From Octopus sinensis (lineage: Eukaryota), in NCBI RefSeq assembly GCF_006345805.1, contig NC_043013.1, positions 27,776,001 to 27,840,000 of the forward strand: a stretch of 64,000 nt of DNA, given 5' to 3'. The notes beneath the pieces are model-generated. The model saw only the letters and a list, made by a program, of their open reading frames with translations. It did no database searches and was not told where the DNA came from. The translations under genes were made by a program, and so were the position numbers. How positions within the stretch are numbered: the stretch's first letter is position 1; every line of letters begins with the position of its first letter. Of this stretch, positions 1 through 13,150 are shown one piece after another.

Positions 1-470
1 CCCCAACGAATATTGACGAGTCTTCTTCTTGCTTTGTTTACTCATCTTAAAAAGGGCTGACACAAATCCAAGAAAGTGATGAAGTGATGGAGATGACGAT
101 TTTTGCACTGTGAAGAAAGAAAGGGATTCAAAGCAACAATCAGCAATGGTGAGCAGAGGTGACCTGCTGCTTTTTTAAACACTTCACACTGGACAATAGA
201 TACTGAAACAGAAACAAATGCCTAACAAATGCAGATACTTCACTCGGTACGCTGATTGGTCATAGCTACATAGATTCCCATGGTTTAAGTAAAAATATTG
301 CATGGCGATGTTTTTTTTTTTTTCATTTCAACGTCCAAAGATAGGCTCAGGGTCAACAAGTGTGCGTTCAAGTCACTTGAAAAAAAATGTTCACAACCCA
401 CACTAACGCACACCCCACACTAACGCACACCCCACACCAGTTTTTTTCCACCCCACACTGGGAAACACTG
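1..470. mobile_element. End of a hAT (Charlie-type) DNA transposon or MITE, truncated by the window edge
   Basis: Ends in ccccacactgggaaacactg, the reverse complement of a CAGTGTTTCCCAG-type TIR. Subterminal cccacactaacgca repeats are present. It abuts the 3' end of a (GAT)n-tailed retroposon. Confidence 0.55.
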
Positions 471-524
471 GTCTAACCCATGCCAGCATGGAAAGTGGAT
501 CTTAGACAAAAATGATGATGATGT

Positions 525-568
<44 letters not shown>

Positions 569-2048
569 AAGATGATGATGATGATTATGATTATGATGAT
601 TATGATATATATATATATATAGTTATCATGATGCAGATAGGCAAAATAGAACTCAAAATATGAGTGTATATCTATATATACATATTTTTATTAAATTTTA
701 GTAGAAGCAACAGAGTGACTAAGGAGCTGAGAGTTTCGTACATTAACACTTATCACTTGATATATATATATATTACTCTAAAAATGGATTGTATAAGCTT
801 TCAACAATGAAATGATAAAAAATTAATAAAGACAAATGTCAATTTCTTTCTACACTGTAAGTTAATGACTTTTCTGTGTCTGATGAAATCCCATTTTATT
901 TTAATAACCATTACTAGTTTAATTATGTATAATATAATTACTACGATAGGTAAAATTTAGCATGTTAATTATGTTATGTCTGTGCTCCCCTCATCACTCC
1001 CTAAAGCTTAACAACCCCTTTGACATGCCCAGTACCACCTTGGAGGTGGTACTGCTCACATTGAGAACTTCTAGTCTAGATTGTTCCAGCAACTTTCAAT
1101 TGATTTTGCATGGTGTCCCTTCCTTTTAACCACCACATATGATTGGCTAATGTTGTAATGTTGTGCCTCTCTTGGATTTTAAAAGAGGACATGTGGTCAT
1201 TAAACCTGGCTTTAAATGGGCTCTCCATTGCTCATTTATCCAATATATTTCCATATAAATGTCTCTCTCTATTGCTATCGTTGTTATTGTTAGTGCAAAC
1301 TTTATGCATAACCCGTGTTTAGAACTCAGTGTCCATCCTTGTATATTGAAAGAGAAAGTTGTGAAGAGAACTTGAATATTATAATCAAAGTTTTCTTCCA
1401 CTGGTCTCCATAGTTACAAAGATTACAGAGTACACAGAGAAAAAACAAAACTGGAAAGTTGGTTCTGAAATTATTTGATTACATCATCTTAGACATGTGT
1501 CTGTATATAGTTTAAATATATGAATCATATATATATGTATGCATGTATATATAAGACTGTAATATACAGGTATATATAGGCATGTGTTTATATGTATACA
1601 AATATGTGTGTGTCTGTATGTACATAGATAAGTAGGTGTGTGTGTGTGTGTGTGGATGGGTGCATTTGTATACGTGTCTGTGTGTCAGTGTGTCCATGTG
1701 TATCTATACACATATATATGTGTATGACAATATCCATTACCTGAGGTGCTGTAAGATACAGCATAAAGAAAAAAAAAATGAGAAAATGTCTAAGATTACC
1801 AAATAAGCACAGAGATTGAGAAAAGAAGTTATATAATTTTACAAAATATTCTGTGTATGTTTATAAGCACACATTGACAAAACAATATGATACAGTTTCT
1901 TTGTTTACATAAAATTAATGATGTTTATGTTGATGTATAACTTTGTTTTTATTCCTTTGGAGGTAATTTTTTTGAGTATAGACATGTTCACCATGACGCA
2001 TGTTCAAACTGCAGCATTTGCAGAATTCTCCCTCACTCGCTCTTTCCT

Positions 2049-2114
<66 letters not shown>

Positions 2115-2364
2115 TTCCTTCTTTCCTTCCTTCCTTCCTTCCTTCATTTCTCATTCTCTCTCTCTCTTCCACTCTCTTCCACTCTCTCTTTATCAACTCC
2201 ACTGCATCTGCCTATGTGTATGTGTGTGTGTTTATACACACACACACATGCATACACACACACACACACATAAACACCCCATACACACATATACCCCCCA
2301 TATATATATATATACATATACATATACATATGTATACATATATATATGTATACATATACATATG

Positions 2365-2431
<67 letters not shown>

Positions 2432-2605
2432 GCATGAAACTGATTGGTAAGATCAGCCCTGATGAATATATAATACTATATATTTCAGATAATATATACA
2501 TGTATACATTATATATATCTGCATTCATATATATAGGTATTAAACTATACATATATATGTATGTGTATATAATAAGTATGTCTGTGTTTATATATATATA
2601 TATAT

Positions 2606-2775
2606 ATCATCATCGTTTAATGTCCACTTTCCATGCTGGCATGTGTTGGACGGTTTGACTGAGGACTAGGAAGCCAGGAGGCTGCACCAGGCTCCAATCT
2701 GATCTGGCAAGGTTTCTACAACTGGATGCCCTTCCTAACACCAACCACTCTGAGAGTGTAGTGGGTGCTTTTTAC
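2606..2775 (-). mobile_element. High-copy (GAT)n-tailed retroposon 3' module, probably RTE-related (family R)
   Basis: Motif gtggttggcgttaggaagggcatccagc...ccatgctagcatggaaa...gatgatgat. Further copies lie near 475, 11650, 30025, 30340, 31210, 33225, 33465, 34070, 36555, 41580, 44400, 47950 and 61020. Confidence 0.8.
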
Positions 2776-3249
2776 TTGGATAGCAATGCATTAAAATACT
2801 CATTGATTAAAGTGGATAGGAGAAATACTGAATATATTTTGTAGAGTATAATGAATTAATTCTGATGATGACATTAGTTTCTTTGCAGATCTTCATTAGA
2901 GAACGAAAATTCAATATATGATGGAAAGACAAGTTAAAGTGGCCCCATAAACAAATGAATGTATAAATACAACATGAGTTGCACGTGATTTAGCAATAAA
3001 TAGGGAGGAATTATTCTTGGATATAATTAAAAGAAAAAATTGGAAAATGAAACAAAAACATTGAAAAATGAAATAAAGTTGGAGTTAAGTGAGACAACTG
3101 TTGTTATCGTTAGGCCTAACTCATCGTAAAGTCAATACCACCATGACTGATATCCAATCTACAGTGGAGAAGGCTAGCCACTGGATTTGGTTAAAAAGAG
3201 ATGATGAGCGATGGCTAGAAGTATATTGAGTTCTTCATAACCAGCTGAT

Positions 3250-3361
3250 CTAGCAAGCGGGGCCTCATATCAGTGAGGGGGACTGGTGCGCATTGATGCC
3301 GTTGAGAGGTAGGCCCCGAAACGGCGCGCATTCTCTCCTGATGACCCCATACACTTGCTAG
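3250..3361 (+). ncRNA. Candidate permuted/pseudoknotted hammerhead-like ribozyme (copy A)
   Basis: Stem II ggggcct 3259-65/aggcccc 3311-17; GAAA 3318-21; stem III gccgt 3298-3302/acggc 3321-25; GUU site at 3303; stem I gagag 3304-08/ctctc 3333-37; CUGAUGA 3338-44; outer stem ctagcaag/cttgctag. Confidence 0.55.
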
Positions 3362-3868
3362 CTTCCGTATATACGGAGCTTTTAACTGGTAGCACTTGCA
3401 TGTGCAAGTTGTTTGCAAGATATTATTTCAGATAAAATCGTGGATAAGGGAGATAAGTCAGTATAAGTTTACGCAAAGACAAATTAATAGTGAAAGGTAA
3501 ATGTAAATGAATGAGAGATATCTTAGAGTGAGATAATTATGATGGGAAAGCTTAAAATCATGAAGGTTATTAAAATGGATAATTAAATAATTAATTAATG
3601 CTATGGGATAAAGCAGAATATTTAATCAGGGCAATACATATTAGACATTATCAGAATAGTGTAAATTTGGAGGAGAGGAGGTTAAATTTATGATAGAGAC
3701 TTACTTTTAAATATTTGGAATTAAATGTCAGATTTTCAGTCTTGTAGTTCTAGATATTCACGATATAATTGTAAGTGCAAACACCAAAGATGAATATATT
3801 GAACTTAATTGCGTTACTTAAGTAGAGTTATAGAGACATATTATCACTGTGTGTGTGTGTGTGTGTGT

Positions 3869-3905
<37 letters not shown>

Positions 3906-5074
3906 ACGCACGATACCTTAATTAGATTCTGCAAATATTAAGTGCATACATATTTGGATATAAGAGTATAAGAGTGATTGGATATTAAGTTAACTTGGCT
4001 GTAGGTTAAGTATTCTACTTGTGAATTAAGGTTTGAGTTCCATACAAGAAATTTCAAATTATAATCCTTTAGACACATTCCTAGTTATGTATTATTCTAA
4101 TTTGTCAAAAGAAACTTTTTGAAGTGTTTGCATTTATTAGAAATCTCAGATCTGACATTTAAGTTATAATCAAGTATAATTTTTTTTTTTACGTTAACAT
4201 ATTTCTCAGACTTTTGTTATATTAATATGTAGCTTGCATTTTTCAAGAAATTTGCATTGAATATTGACTACAATCCTGCATTCTTTAAATATCTAAGTAT
4301 AGTTGATTAATTTGGTGACATTCTTCTTTTCTGGGAGCAAATATGGTTTAAAAGCAATACTAAAAACCACTCTCCATCATTCCAACATAACACCTGGTCT
4401 TGGCATCTCAATTTTGTTTTGTAGACATGACCTCTGGTTCATAAATAAGTCCTTTGGTATTATATCACTGATTTAGAGGGCATGAAGTTTTAGTTCTCCA
4501 TGAGCAATTTACATTTGCTGATTTAGTGGAGTTACTTGAAAATATATTTTCTATGTTTGTTGAACAACAATAAATAAAACTAACAACCAACTTTATACAT
4601 TTAGAGTTCAACTACCTGTCAAATGTAATTAAGCAAGTACCAGTAGCAATGAATAACTGTATAAACAGTCTCTTTTCTGATGGTGTGACACCTAATAGGG
4701 TTGAGAACCAGTAAACCAGACATTTGCACATAACCATTTCAAAACACAAAACCATGCAACTTATGTACTATGGACAACAACAAAATCTCTACTCAGGGGA
4801 GATATATGATTTGGTTTAATTCACCATTTAGCAAAAATGTATGAGACAAAAAAATTACTCTCCTTAATCAAAAAACAATTCCACAAAGATTACAATATTC
4901 CTAAATTATTCAATAGAAACAATATAAAAGATTATTATTCTGCAACCATAGAAAAGAATACAGGATTCTGATGTCACCAGGGAAATGACCATCCCTGGCA
5001 TCCACACGTGCTACACTCTCAGAGACTCTCTGTAAGTATGCACTTTGATATTTTACACATAACATACACATACA

Positions 5075-5107
<33 letters not shown>

Positions 5108-5153
5108 CATATAACAACATTTACAGTACACACACATTGTTATGTTATTTATA

Positions 5154-6480
5154 TAGGGTGTGTAAGATATTTGAGGACAGATTTATGCTTATAAAAAAAC
5201 AGATATATAATTAAAGGTAATAATTTTATTTATCAAAAAATTCTATGAGGATAAAATAAACCTTCTTTTCTATAATGTTACTCAATAAAGCCACCTTCAG
5301 CTTCAACAACTGCTTCTATTTGAGGTCTAAATCACCTACATGCTCGAATCAAGTGATCCTGGTTCATTTTGGATGTTACTCCGACTATGGATTGAGGAGG
5401 CCAAATGTTAGAGGTTATGTGGTCATGAAAATTTTCAGCCATTCATTTCTGCATTATTAGAGTCATGTGTGATAGTGCAGAGTCTTACTGAAACACATAT
5501 GGCCTTCCATTGCATACACTGTCTATCCAGGGCTTAATTATTTCCAGGATCTCAATGTAGGTGGCAGAGTTAACTCTAAGGCCTTATGGAAAGAAGTAAG
5601 GAGGCATCACATGTTCTTCATTGCTGACAACCCCTAAAACCATGACAGTTACAGGAAATTTTGTATGCATAACACTTGGAACTTCAGAAGGGTCTGCACA
5701 TAACCGTCTGTCATTTCTTCAGTTAACTTTTTGATCTTGGTCAAAGTTTTACTTGTTTGAGAAAAACCAAATCAAATCTTCTGCTAGATTTTCCAGTTTG
5801 TTTAACCCTTTAGCATTTAAACCGGCCATATCTGGCCAAAAGTATTCTGCCTGTTTTATGGTCAAACTGGCCAGATCTGGTCTCTCACACCAACCCTACA
5901 ATATCGTTTTAAAAATTAACAGCTACCTCATCAAAATCTCATAGCTACAAGATAATGCATGATTAATTCAAAACAATGAAGATAAAAAAGCATTAGTTTT
6001 GGCAGAATAATGTGAACACTAAAGGGTTAAGAGCTTTTAGATCTGATGTATTGATTTTCTTTCACTTTTTCTGACAAATTGACCTTTTCTCATCATATAA
6101 GACTTATATCTGATGTCTTCATGGACAACATTTCTGACTGTGCCTTCTGACACCTGGAGATATTTTGCAATTGGCCTCATGGACTTTTTGGGATTGTCAT
6201 CAGTGGTCTGTTGAACTTGCTGGATGAATTCAGGTGTTCTGATGATTTCAGAGCATTTAGAATGCTTTTTATGCTTTGATATTGGTGATACGTTTCCATC
6301 TTCAGTCTCTAGCTCATTACAAACTTTGTAGACAAAAGATCTGGCAATTTTTAATAATTGAGATATTTCTAAATTACTATGCTCAGCCTTTATAACCACA
6401 ATAACAGCATGCCTCATCATTTCTTGAATAAGCTGAGGGTCTGCCAATATTATTTTCTGAAACAAAGATTATACAGAGTT
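5154..6480 (-). mobile_element. Decayed DD37D (maT/Bmmar1-type) Tc1/mariner transposon, interrupted by a MITE
   Basis: N-terminal HTH in ORF 6037-6465 (KSMRPIAKYLQVSEGTVRNVVHEDIRYKSY). Catalytic remnants on the minus strand at 5400-5790 (WFFSN..NFDQDQ..N.RNDR, VMVLGVVS, RPYVFQ*DSA, IWPP). C-terminus IEAVVEAEGGFIE*. Terminal TA-(T)AGGGTG at 5152. Confidence 0.85.
5806..6026. mobile_element. piggyBac-type MITE
   Basis: TTAA on both sides (5802-05, 6027-30) and termini CCCTTTAG...CTAAAGGG. It sits inside the maT transposase. Confidence 0.85.
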
Positions 6481-6514
6481 AGCAAAAATGCAGCAATGAC
6501 CCAAAAAAGGTATT

Positions 6515-6730
6515 CCTCAAATACTTTTTGAAGACACAGGAGGCTGTGACAAGGGTCCTGGATAGCTTCAGTTTGAAAAACTTCAATGGGCCTTCATGAA
6601 GTGGCTAGAGTGCTACAATAAGTGCGTTCAAGTCAGAAGATCCTACATCAAAGAAAATTAGAGTTTTGTATTTCTTTGAAATTAATTAATTTCACCTGAA
6701 ATGGTTTTAAAACTTCTGAAACACACTTTG
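6515..6730 (+). mobile_element. mariner transposase C-terminal fragment plus 3' TIR
   Basis: Reads ...EAVTRVLDSFS...FMKWLECYNKCVQVRRSYIKEN* with one frameshift, followed by an aaacttctgaaacacac TIR-like end. Confidence 0.55.
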
Positions 6731-7281
6731 TGTGTGTGTGTGTCATTATTCAGTTTTATTTCAAGATTTCTTGTCAATAAAGAGCTGGTTTCTAACCTAG
6801 AACCAAGGCTTCTTCATTGGAATTTCAAGATCATCAGAGTGTTTTTATATATATGTATGTATATGTGCAGATTTGTCTCTTTTGTTTTATGTATGTATTC
6901 TTATGCATATAGTTGCATGTCTAGACATGTTCATACATACTTAAATGATAAACTTCTGGAAAGTTTTGCAGATTTTTACTGTTCCAATAATGGATTAGAT
7001 CTATAATCTTTGAATAAGCTTCCTCCTTTTTGATTTTGAGAAGCCTAATTTCTCAAGATTGGTATTTGGCTAGTGTGTTACATATCCCAGTGCCCCAATA
7101 TTTACAGGTATAAACCTGAAATTGTAATCTGGATAGAGTGGCTGTAGATTCCTCAATAGTTCAGTGTGGGTATTTTCTTTTTTGCTGATCTTTAGTATGT
7201 ATGTGTATGCAGAAACATATATACATACTCACATACACACAAATATTTACACACATATATACACACACGCACGCATATAAA

Positions 7282-7335
<54 letters not shown>

Positions 7336-7643
7336 CACACATACACATACCAAACCATACAAAGTCACTAAGTATTCTAACTGTCAAGAATTTAAATTTA
7401 TATCTTCAAAACAATGAAAATAAATTTCGCCTCTAAGACTGTTAAAACTTCAGTGAAATCTTATTAAAAATATATGTTTGAAGGAGTTTTGGCGTTATTC
7501 ACTGCAATAGTAATATAGATATAAAAATTCAAACTTAAAAGTTTAAAGGAAGCAAGGGGGTCATAGATAAAGATCTCTCCTAAAGAATTGTTATTTGAAA
7601 TATAGGTCATGTGAGAATGTTTAAGAAAACACTGAAGTCTGGT

Positions 7644-7690
<47 letters not shown>

Positions 7691-7802
7691 TGTGTGTGTG
7701 TGTGTATATGTATATAACACATAACTGCATAAATCAGATATATATATGTATGTATATATATATGTATATGTATGTATGTGTGTGTATATACACACCCACA
7801 CC

Positions 7803-7836
<34 letters not shown>

Positions 7837-8552
7837 TATATACATACATATACATATCTATATATACATATATGTTTACCTACATATAAATTGTCACTCT
7901 TATTTCTTCATGCCATTTGTGCAATTTACATCTTTTATATCTCTGAGAAGGAGTGTCCGTGCATACACACACACACACACACACACACATACACCCTCCC
8001 CCCATATATATATATATACACACACACATATATATATTACATGTATGTTTACGTATATTTATGGGTATAAATAGACAGACAGATAGGCAAACAGACAGGC
8101 AGATAGATGAATGTATATGACTGTATGTATGTGTGTGTTATTGCTTGAGATTCTGTTCCTTTCTCAAACAAACAAACAAAACAAATAACATCAACATCGA
8201 CATCAACAACGATATAATATTTCCCCCTTGTCACCATTGACACTCTCTGCTTTATGATAGTAGCTTTGAAAGATCTATAATAAAAGTTTACAAATGCTTG
8301 GTGTGAAAGTGTTTGTTTCTTTTCAGCGAGGGAGTTCTCAAGGGAACAGTTTTCTTGAAAATATAGATATTTATAATTTTTTATTACACAAACGTTAATG
8401 ATTTATTCATGTATAATATTATTGTTTCTCAGGTCTTATTATTGTTTATTTTATTCTATTTGTTTCAGTCATTGGACTGGAGCCATGCTGGAGCACTGCT
8501 CTGAAGGATTTTTGCTAAAAAAAATCAACCCCAGAACTTATTTGTTTATTTT

Positions 8553-8995
8553 CTGGGCATGGATACATTGAAACTCCGACGTCTGACAGCTGATTTGGCA
8601 GACAGCCATAAAATTATTAACCATCTTACTAACAATAACTCTGAGCACCTTTTCAAACTCCACCTGTCTAACACCCGTGGACATGTTTACAAAGTCAGAA
8701 AACAGCACAGCTCCCATGACTTTCGAAAATATTTTTTCCAAAAGTCATGGAAAAAAGATTTGCTGAAGTATGGAACAAACTGCTGGCATCAGTTGTTAGT
8801 TGTCGGAGCACTGCATCCTTCAAAACTTCCATGCTTCCTGAGATTCGCCAACACTACACTTTCTCCCCTCCATACACACGCAAGCATGTATCACTGTTCA
8901 CTTTTCAGACATTTGTACATTACTGTAAATGCTTTATATGCACTTTTGACAAGTTGTGGTACACATGAGCACTGTATACAATAATTTCATTATTA
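8553..8995 (+). mobile_element. CR1/L2-group LINE 3' end nested in a SINE
   Basis: LGMDTLKLRRLTADL...NTRGHVYKVRK...FRKYFF...VWNKL...VVSC..TASFK matches the ORF2 C-terminal signature. It splits a family-C SINE (8450-8545 and 9000-9075). Confidence 0.8.
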
Positions 8996-9182
8996 TTTTT
9001 ATTTTTATTCTATTGATGTATTTTGCTGAACTATGAAGTTAGGAGGACATAAACAGACCATCACTGGTTGTCAAGGCCTGCTTAGTCAGGACTGACCTGG
9101 AGTTAAACCACAAGTGTAGCAGCAAAACCCTCCACCACAGCAACAATAATAAAAAAAAACATTAACAACAGCAACCATAATC

Positions 9183-11165
9183 CTTTCTACTATAGGCACA
9201 AGGCCTGAAATTTGGGGAAGGGACTAGTCGATTACATCGACCCCAATGTTCAACTGGTATTTATTTCATTGACTCTGAGAGGATGAAAGATAAAGTCGAC
9301 CTCATTGGAATTTGAACCCAGAACATAAGGATGGACGAAATGCTAAGAATTTTGCCTGGAATACTAACAATTCTGTCAGTTTGCTGCCTTAAACAACAGC
9401 GACCATAATAACAACAACAATGCAGAAATAATATCAAAAATAGCAATAACAGCAGCAACAACAACAATAACTCTTTCTAATATAGGCACAAGGCTTGAAA
9501 TTTGGGGGAGGAAGCAGGGTGGTTAGTCATTTACATTGACTTCAGTGCTTGTCTGGTACTTTACTTAGACAATTTGTTATATCGCACGTTCGAATGGCGT
9601 GCCTTCGCCAATGATGTACCTCAACTCAACTACCGAACTCTCACTTCCGACGACTTGACTCAACAGAACTCGATGTCCAGACCACCGACAGCTCCAACTT
9701 GCGCTCTACCTGACACTTCTTGTCTAGCTATCATGTCCACTATTTATACATATTAGACTAGCCTACTTATCATCTGGAGGCATCTACACAACACAACTGT
9801 AAAAGAAGGAAAGGCAAAATAATTGACTTTGGAGCTATTTGACCTTAGAACATTAAAATGGATGAAATGCCACATAGCACTTTGTCTGGTGTGCTAACAA
9901 TTTCTGCCAGCTCACTGCCTTCAAATTTTTGTCACAAGGGCAGCTTGGGGGAAGGGATTAAGTTGATTACATCAACCTCAGTGCATAACTGGTACTTAAA
10001 TTAATCGACTCTGAAAGGATGAAAGGCAAAGTTGACCTCAGCAGAATTTGAACTCAGAATGTAACAGCAGACGAAATGCGGCTTAGCATTTTGCCTGGCA
10101 TGCAAAAGATTCTGCCAGCTCGCTGTCTTATATAATAATAATAATAATGATAATAATAATAATAATAATAATAGTACTGGCTATGGAAAATGAAGAAGGT
10201 GAAGATAGTGCCAATTATTGTTGTGTCTTTGGGAACTGTATCTGAAGGCATTAAGGGGAATATAAAGGAAATTGGAATAGAGTGCTCAGTAGAACTTTTA
10301 CAAGAGGTTTGCTTCCTTGGCATGGCCAGAATAATCAGGAAAGTATTAGGTAACTGAAAAAAATGGATAGCATGGTACTGTGGGCTGCAGGTAGTAAGCC
10401 TGCTATGCATCCAAGACTCAAAGAGCTCCAACAAAACCTGTGGTAAAGAGTAATAATAATAATGATAATAATAATAATAATGATCACAATAATAAAACAG
10501 GGTGAAGGATGAAGGGGACAATACAAAGACAGATGTAAAGTGTGAAGGCTTACATATAATGAGATGATAATAATAAACAAATAATTATATATGTAGAAAG
10601 TATACATGGTATACAATAAAACAAAGAAGGAAGGTAGCAAGCTGGCAGAAACGTTAGCACACTGGGTGAAATGCTTAGCAATATTTCATCTGTATTACGT
10701 TCTGAGTTCAAATTCAACCTAGGTTGACTTTGCCTTTCATCCTTTTGGGGTTGATAAATTAAGTACCAGTTGCATACTGGGGTCGATCTAATCATCTGGC
10801 CTTCCTCCCCCCAAATTTCAAGCCTTGTGCCTAGAGTAGAAAAAAATAAAACAAAGAAGGGAAGTATGCATAGTATACAACAGTGAAAATCAGAAGGATG
10901 GTGGTGATGAGGTCCTCCTGATACAGAAAGACGTCTAGGGATAAGCAAGGAAACATACCAGGTACAAGGTTTGAAATTTTCTGGGGAGGGGTAGAGTCAA
11001 TTACATCACCTCCCAGTGCTCAACTGGTACTTATTTTATCAACCCTGAAATGATGAGAGGCAAATTTTCCCTCAGTGGGATATGAACTCAGAACACAAAG
11101 ATGAGGAAGAAATACAGTAAAGCATTTTGTCCAGTTTACTAAACGTTCTGCCAGTTCACTGCTTT
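9183..11165. mobile_element. Cluster of about 5 tRNA-derived SINEs (family M) in (TAA)/(CAA) microsatellites
   Basis: Copies at about 9183-9390(-), 9475-9920(-, interrupted), 9925-10127(-), 10630-10842(+) and 10960-11163(-). All have a B-box gagttcaaattc and a central gtcgactttgcctttcatcctttcggggtcgataaa-like box resembling Meta/Sauria-type SINE cores. Confidence 0.8.
10175..10450 (+). mobile_element. Dong/R4-clade non-LTR retrotransposon 3' end in (TAA)n
   Basis: 10178-10357 reads WLWKMKKVKIVPIIVVSLGTVS...LLQEVCFLGMARIIRKVLGN*, like the C-terminus of RLE-type R4/Dong elements. (TAA)n flanks both sides, which is the known Dong target. Confidence 0.8.
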
Positions 11166-11331
11166 ATCAACAACAACAACAATAACAAAGACAACACAGG
11201 AGGTCAACGAGACTTAATGCTCATTACACACTTACAATTTACGGAAAAACGAACCCAACAACAACAACAAAAACAAAAACACCCCTACAATTTTCTTGAT
11301 TTACTCGTTAACCGAAGTAAAAGATTGTTAC

Positions 11332-11478
11332 CTGAATCAATAACTTTGGCAGCAAGACAGAACTGGGAAGCACAATTAGTGGGTTTTCTCAATCCTGTTT
11401 GACCAAAGAATGGATGAAATTCACAGTGACGATCAGTGCCAACTCCACTGCACAAGTGGCATTGAAGTGCACCATTTC
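11332..11478 (-). CDS. Internal exon of a secreted or GPI-type Ly6/uPAR (three-finger, quiver/sleepless-like) protein
   Basis: Acceptor ttttcttttgcag, donor ag|gtaaca, 147 nt, phase 1-1 and open: (G)NGALQCHLCSGVGTDRHCEFHPFFGQTGLRKPTNCASQFCLAAKVIDS. The LxCxxC start and Cys spacing fit the first half of an LU domain. Confidence 0.8.
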
Positions 11479-12589
11479 CTGCAAAAGAAAAAAAAAAGAA
11501 ATGAAGAATTAACTGAAAATACCATGTATATTGAATGATACATTTAAGACAGTCATAGCGTTAATTGGTAAGATTAGTGAATGTTATATTATAAAAGGAC
11601 ATTTAATTGCAGAATCTTAATTGCTTTGTGATTTTTTTCCAATGATCTGACTGGGCCTGACGAAGCCTTCCAGCTTCACAGACCCCAGTTGAACCGTCCA
11701 ACCCATGCTAGCATGGAAAGCGGACGCTAAATGATGATGATGATGATGATGATGATTGTTGTTGTTAATTGTTAATGTATGTAGTCAAGTGGTTACCATA
11801 TTAGGATCATGATAATAAAGTTGTGGGCTCAATTCTTGAGCTGGTTAGTACATTAGTACGTTGTGTCCCTGAGAAAGGCACTTAATTCCATCTTGCCTCA
11901 GTCTACTCAGCTGTAATGAGTACTAGTCAAATGCACACTAGTCAAGTGCTGGTGCTGTCCTCTCTCACTCCAAGTGTCACATCCTGGATGCTCTTCTGGG
12001 TCAAGAGTAGGTGGTCTGAAGGAGAGTCTATACCTGCTCATGGCTACATAGGTATTTGTAGCAGCTCTGTGTTTGATATTGGCTTACATGCAATTATACA
12101 TTTCTCTATTTCAAAGTTGGCTCAGTCGACTTTGTGTGGTTGCACCTTTTGTGTCATTCTCTGTGAATGGTTTGAATGGACTGTTTCCTTCTGCTTTGGC
12201 ATTTATATAAAGCATGGCAGTCACCTATTTCTCACTAGATAGTTTTCCTTCCTTCGCTTTAGAACTCTCTCAGCATGTAGTTCTTTCACTCACATCAACA
12301 CTGGCTGCTCAGAAAATTATCTTGATGAGCCAGAGGACTGAACAAACACTGTGGCCTTCTTGGAGGCATTCTTGTGCACACTGCTAGTGCTACCATCGCC
12401 TCCATGTTGCTTTGGTTTGGACCAACCAACTGTCCATACCAGAAGAAGATTTAGTTTAGCCAAGTGTCACACGCTCAACTGCCAGACACAGTTATCAACA
12501 ACTAAAAGTGGAGACCATTTGGCTAAACCTTTAAAACAATTGGAGAAAGCATGATACATGTTCACTCATCATTTCATTAATTTCTTTGA

Positions 12590-13150
12590 TTCCATGTGGG
12601 GCATAGGGTACCAACAAGAGATCTCCATCTTCTGTGATCTTTGGCAATGGATTACAGTTGTTTCCCAGGTGTAACCACCTGTCAGCAATTCAGATTTTGT
12701 GACCCTTTTCCATTTGGTTTTTGGTTTACCATGCTTGCATCTCCCTTGAGGTGTTTAATCGAATATTGGAAACAGGTTTCTATAAGGTACGTCTTGGCCA
12801 ACCCCTTTTTTTCTCTTCTTCCTCTGGGTTTCAATAGGTTGCTGTGTTACCTGTTCCCAGAAAGCTTTGTTTGTGAGTCCGTTCTTGCCATCTCATCCAA
12901 TCGATGATCTGGTGACATCTATTCATAAACATTAAGATCTTTTTGATAGAAAACTATGTGACTTGCCATGTTTCACACATGAACAGCAGAACAGTTTTCA
13001 TCTTCATGTTAAAGATCCTGAATTCTGTGTTTGTTGACATGGTCTGTAATCTCCTGAATGCTGCTGTAATCATCTCAATCCTTGTCTTTATGTCCTGATC
13101 TGTTCTATCCATCTTATCAATAACACCTCCCAGGTATTTGAAACAGCAAA
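12590..13150 (-). mobile_element. RTE-clade LINE 3' fragment
   Basis: FKYLGGVID...DQDIKTRI...AAFRRL...RIFN..KTVLLF.CETW in ORF 12954-13328, with a degenerate C-terminus near 12600. Confidence 0.75.

Noticed and set aside
700-960. gtctgatgaaatccc plus minus-strand cgaaactc as a hammerhead
   Set aside because: The two halves are on opposite strands and too decayed to pair.
4910-5030. Possible third exon of the Ly6-like gene (acceptor-like cttacag on the minus strand)
   Set aside because: The phase-1 reading hits TGA immediately, and the open frame lacks the CCxxxxCN pattern.
6735-6845. Repeat shared with 26680-26765 containing ctgatga/ccgatga and gaaa
   Set aside because: I could not build consistent stems I-III in either the canonical or the permuted order. 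It is retained only as an unclassified repeat.
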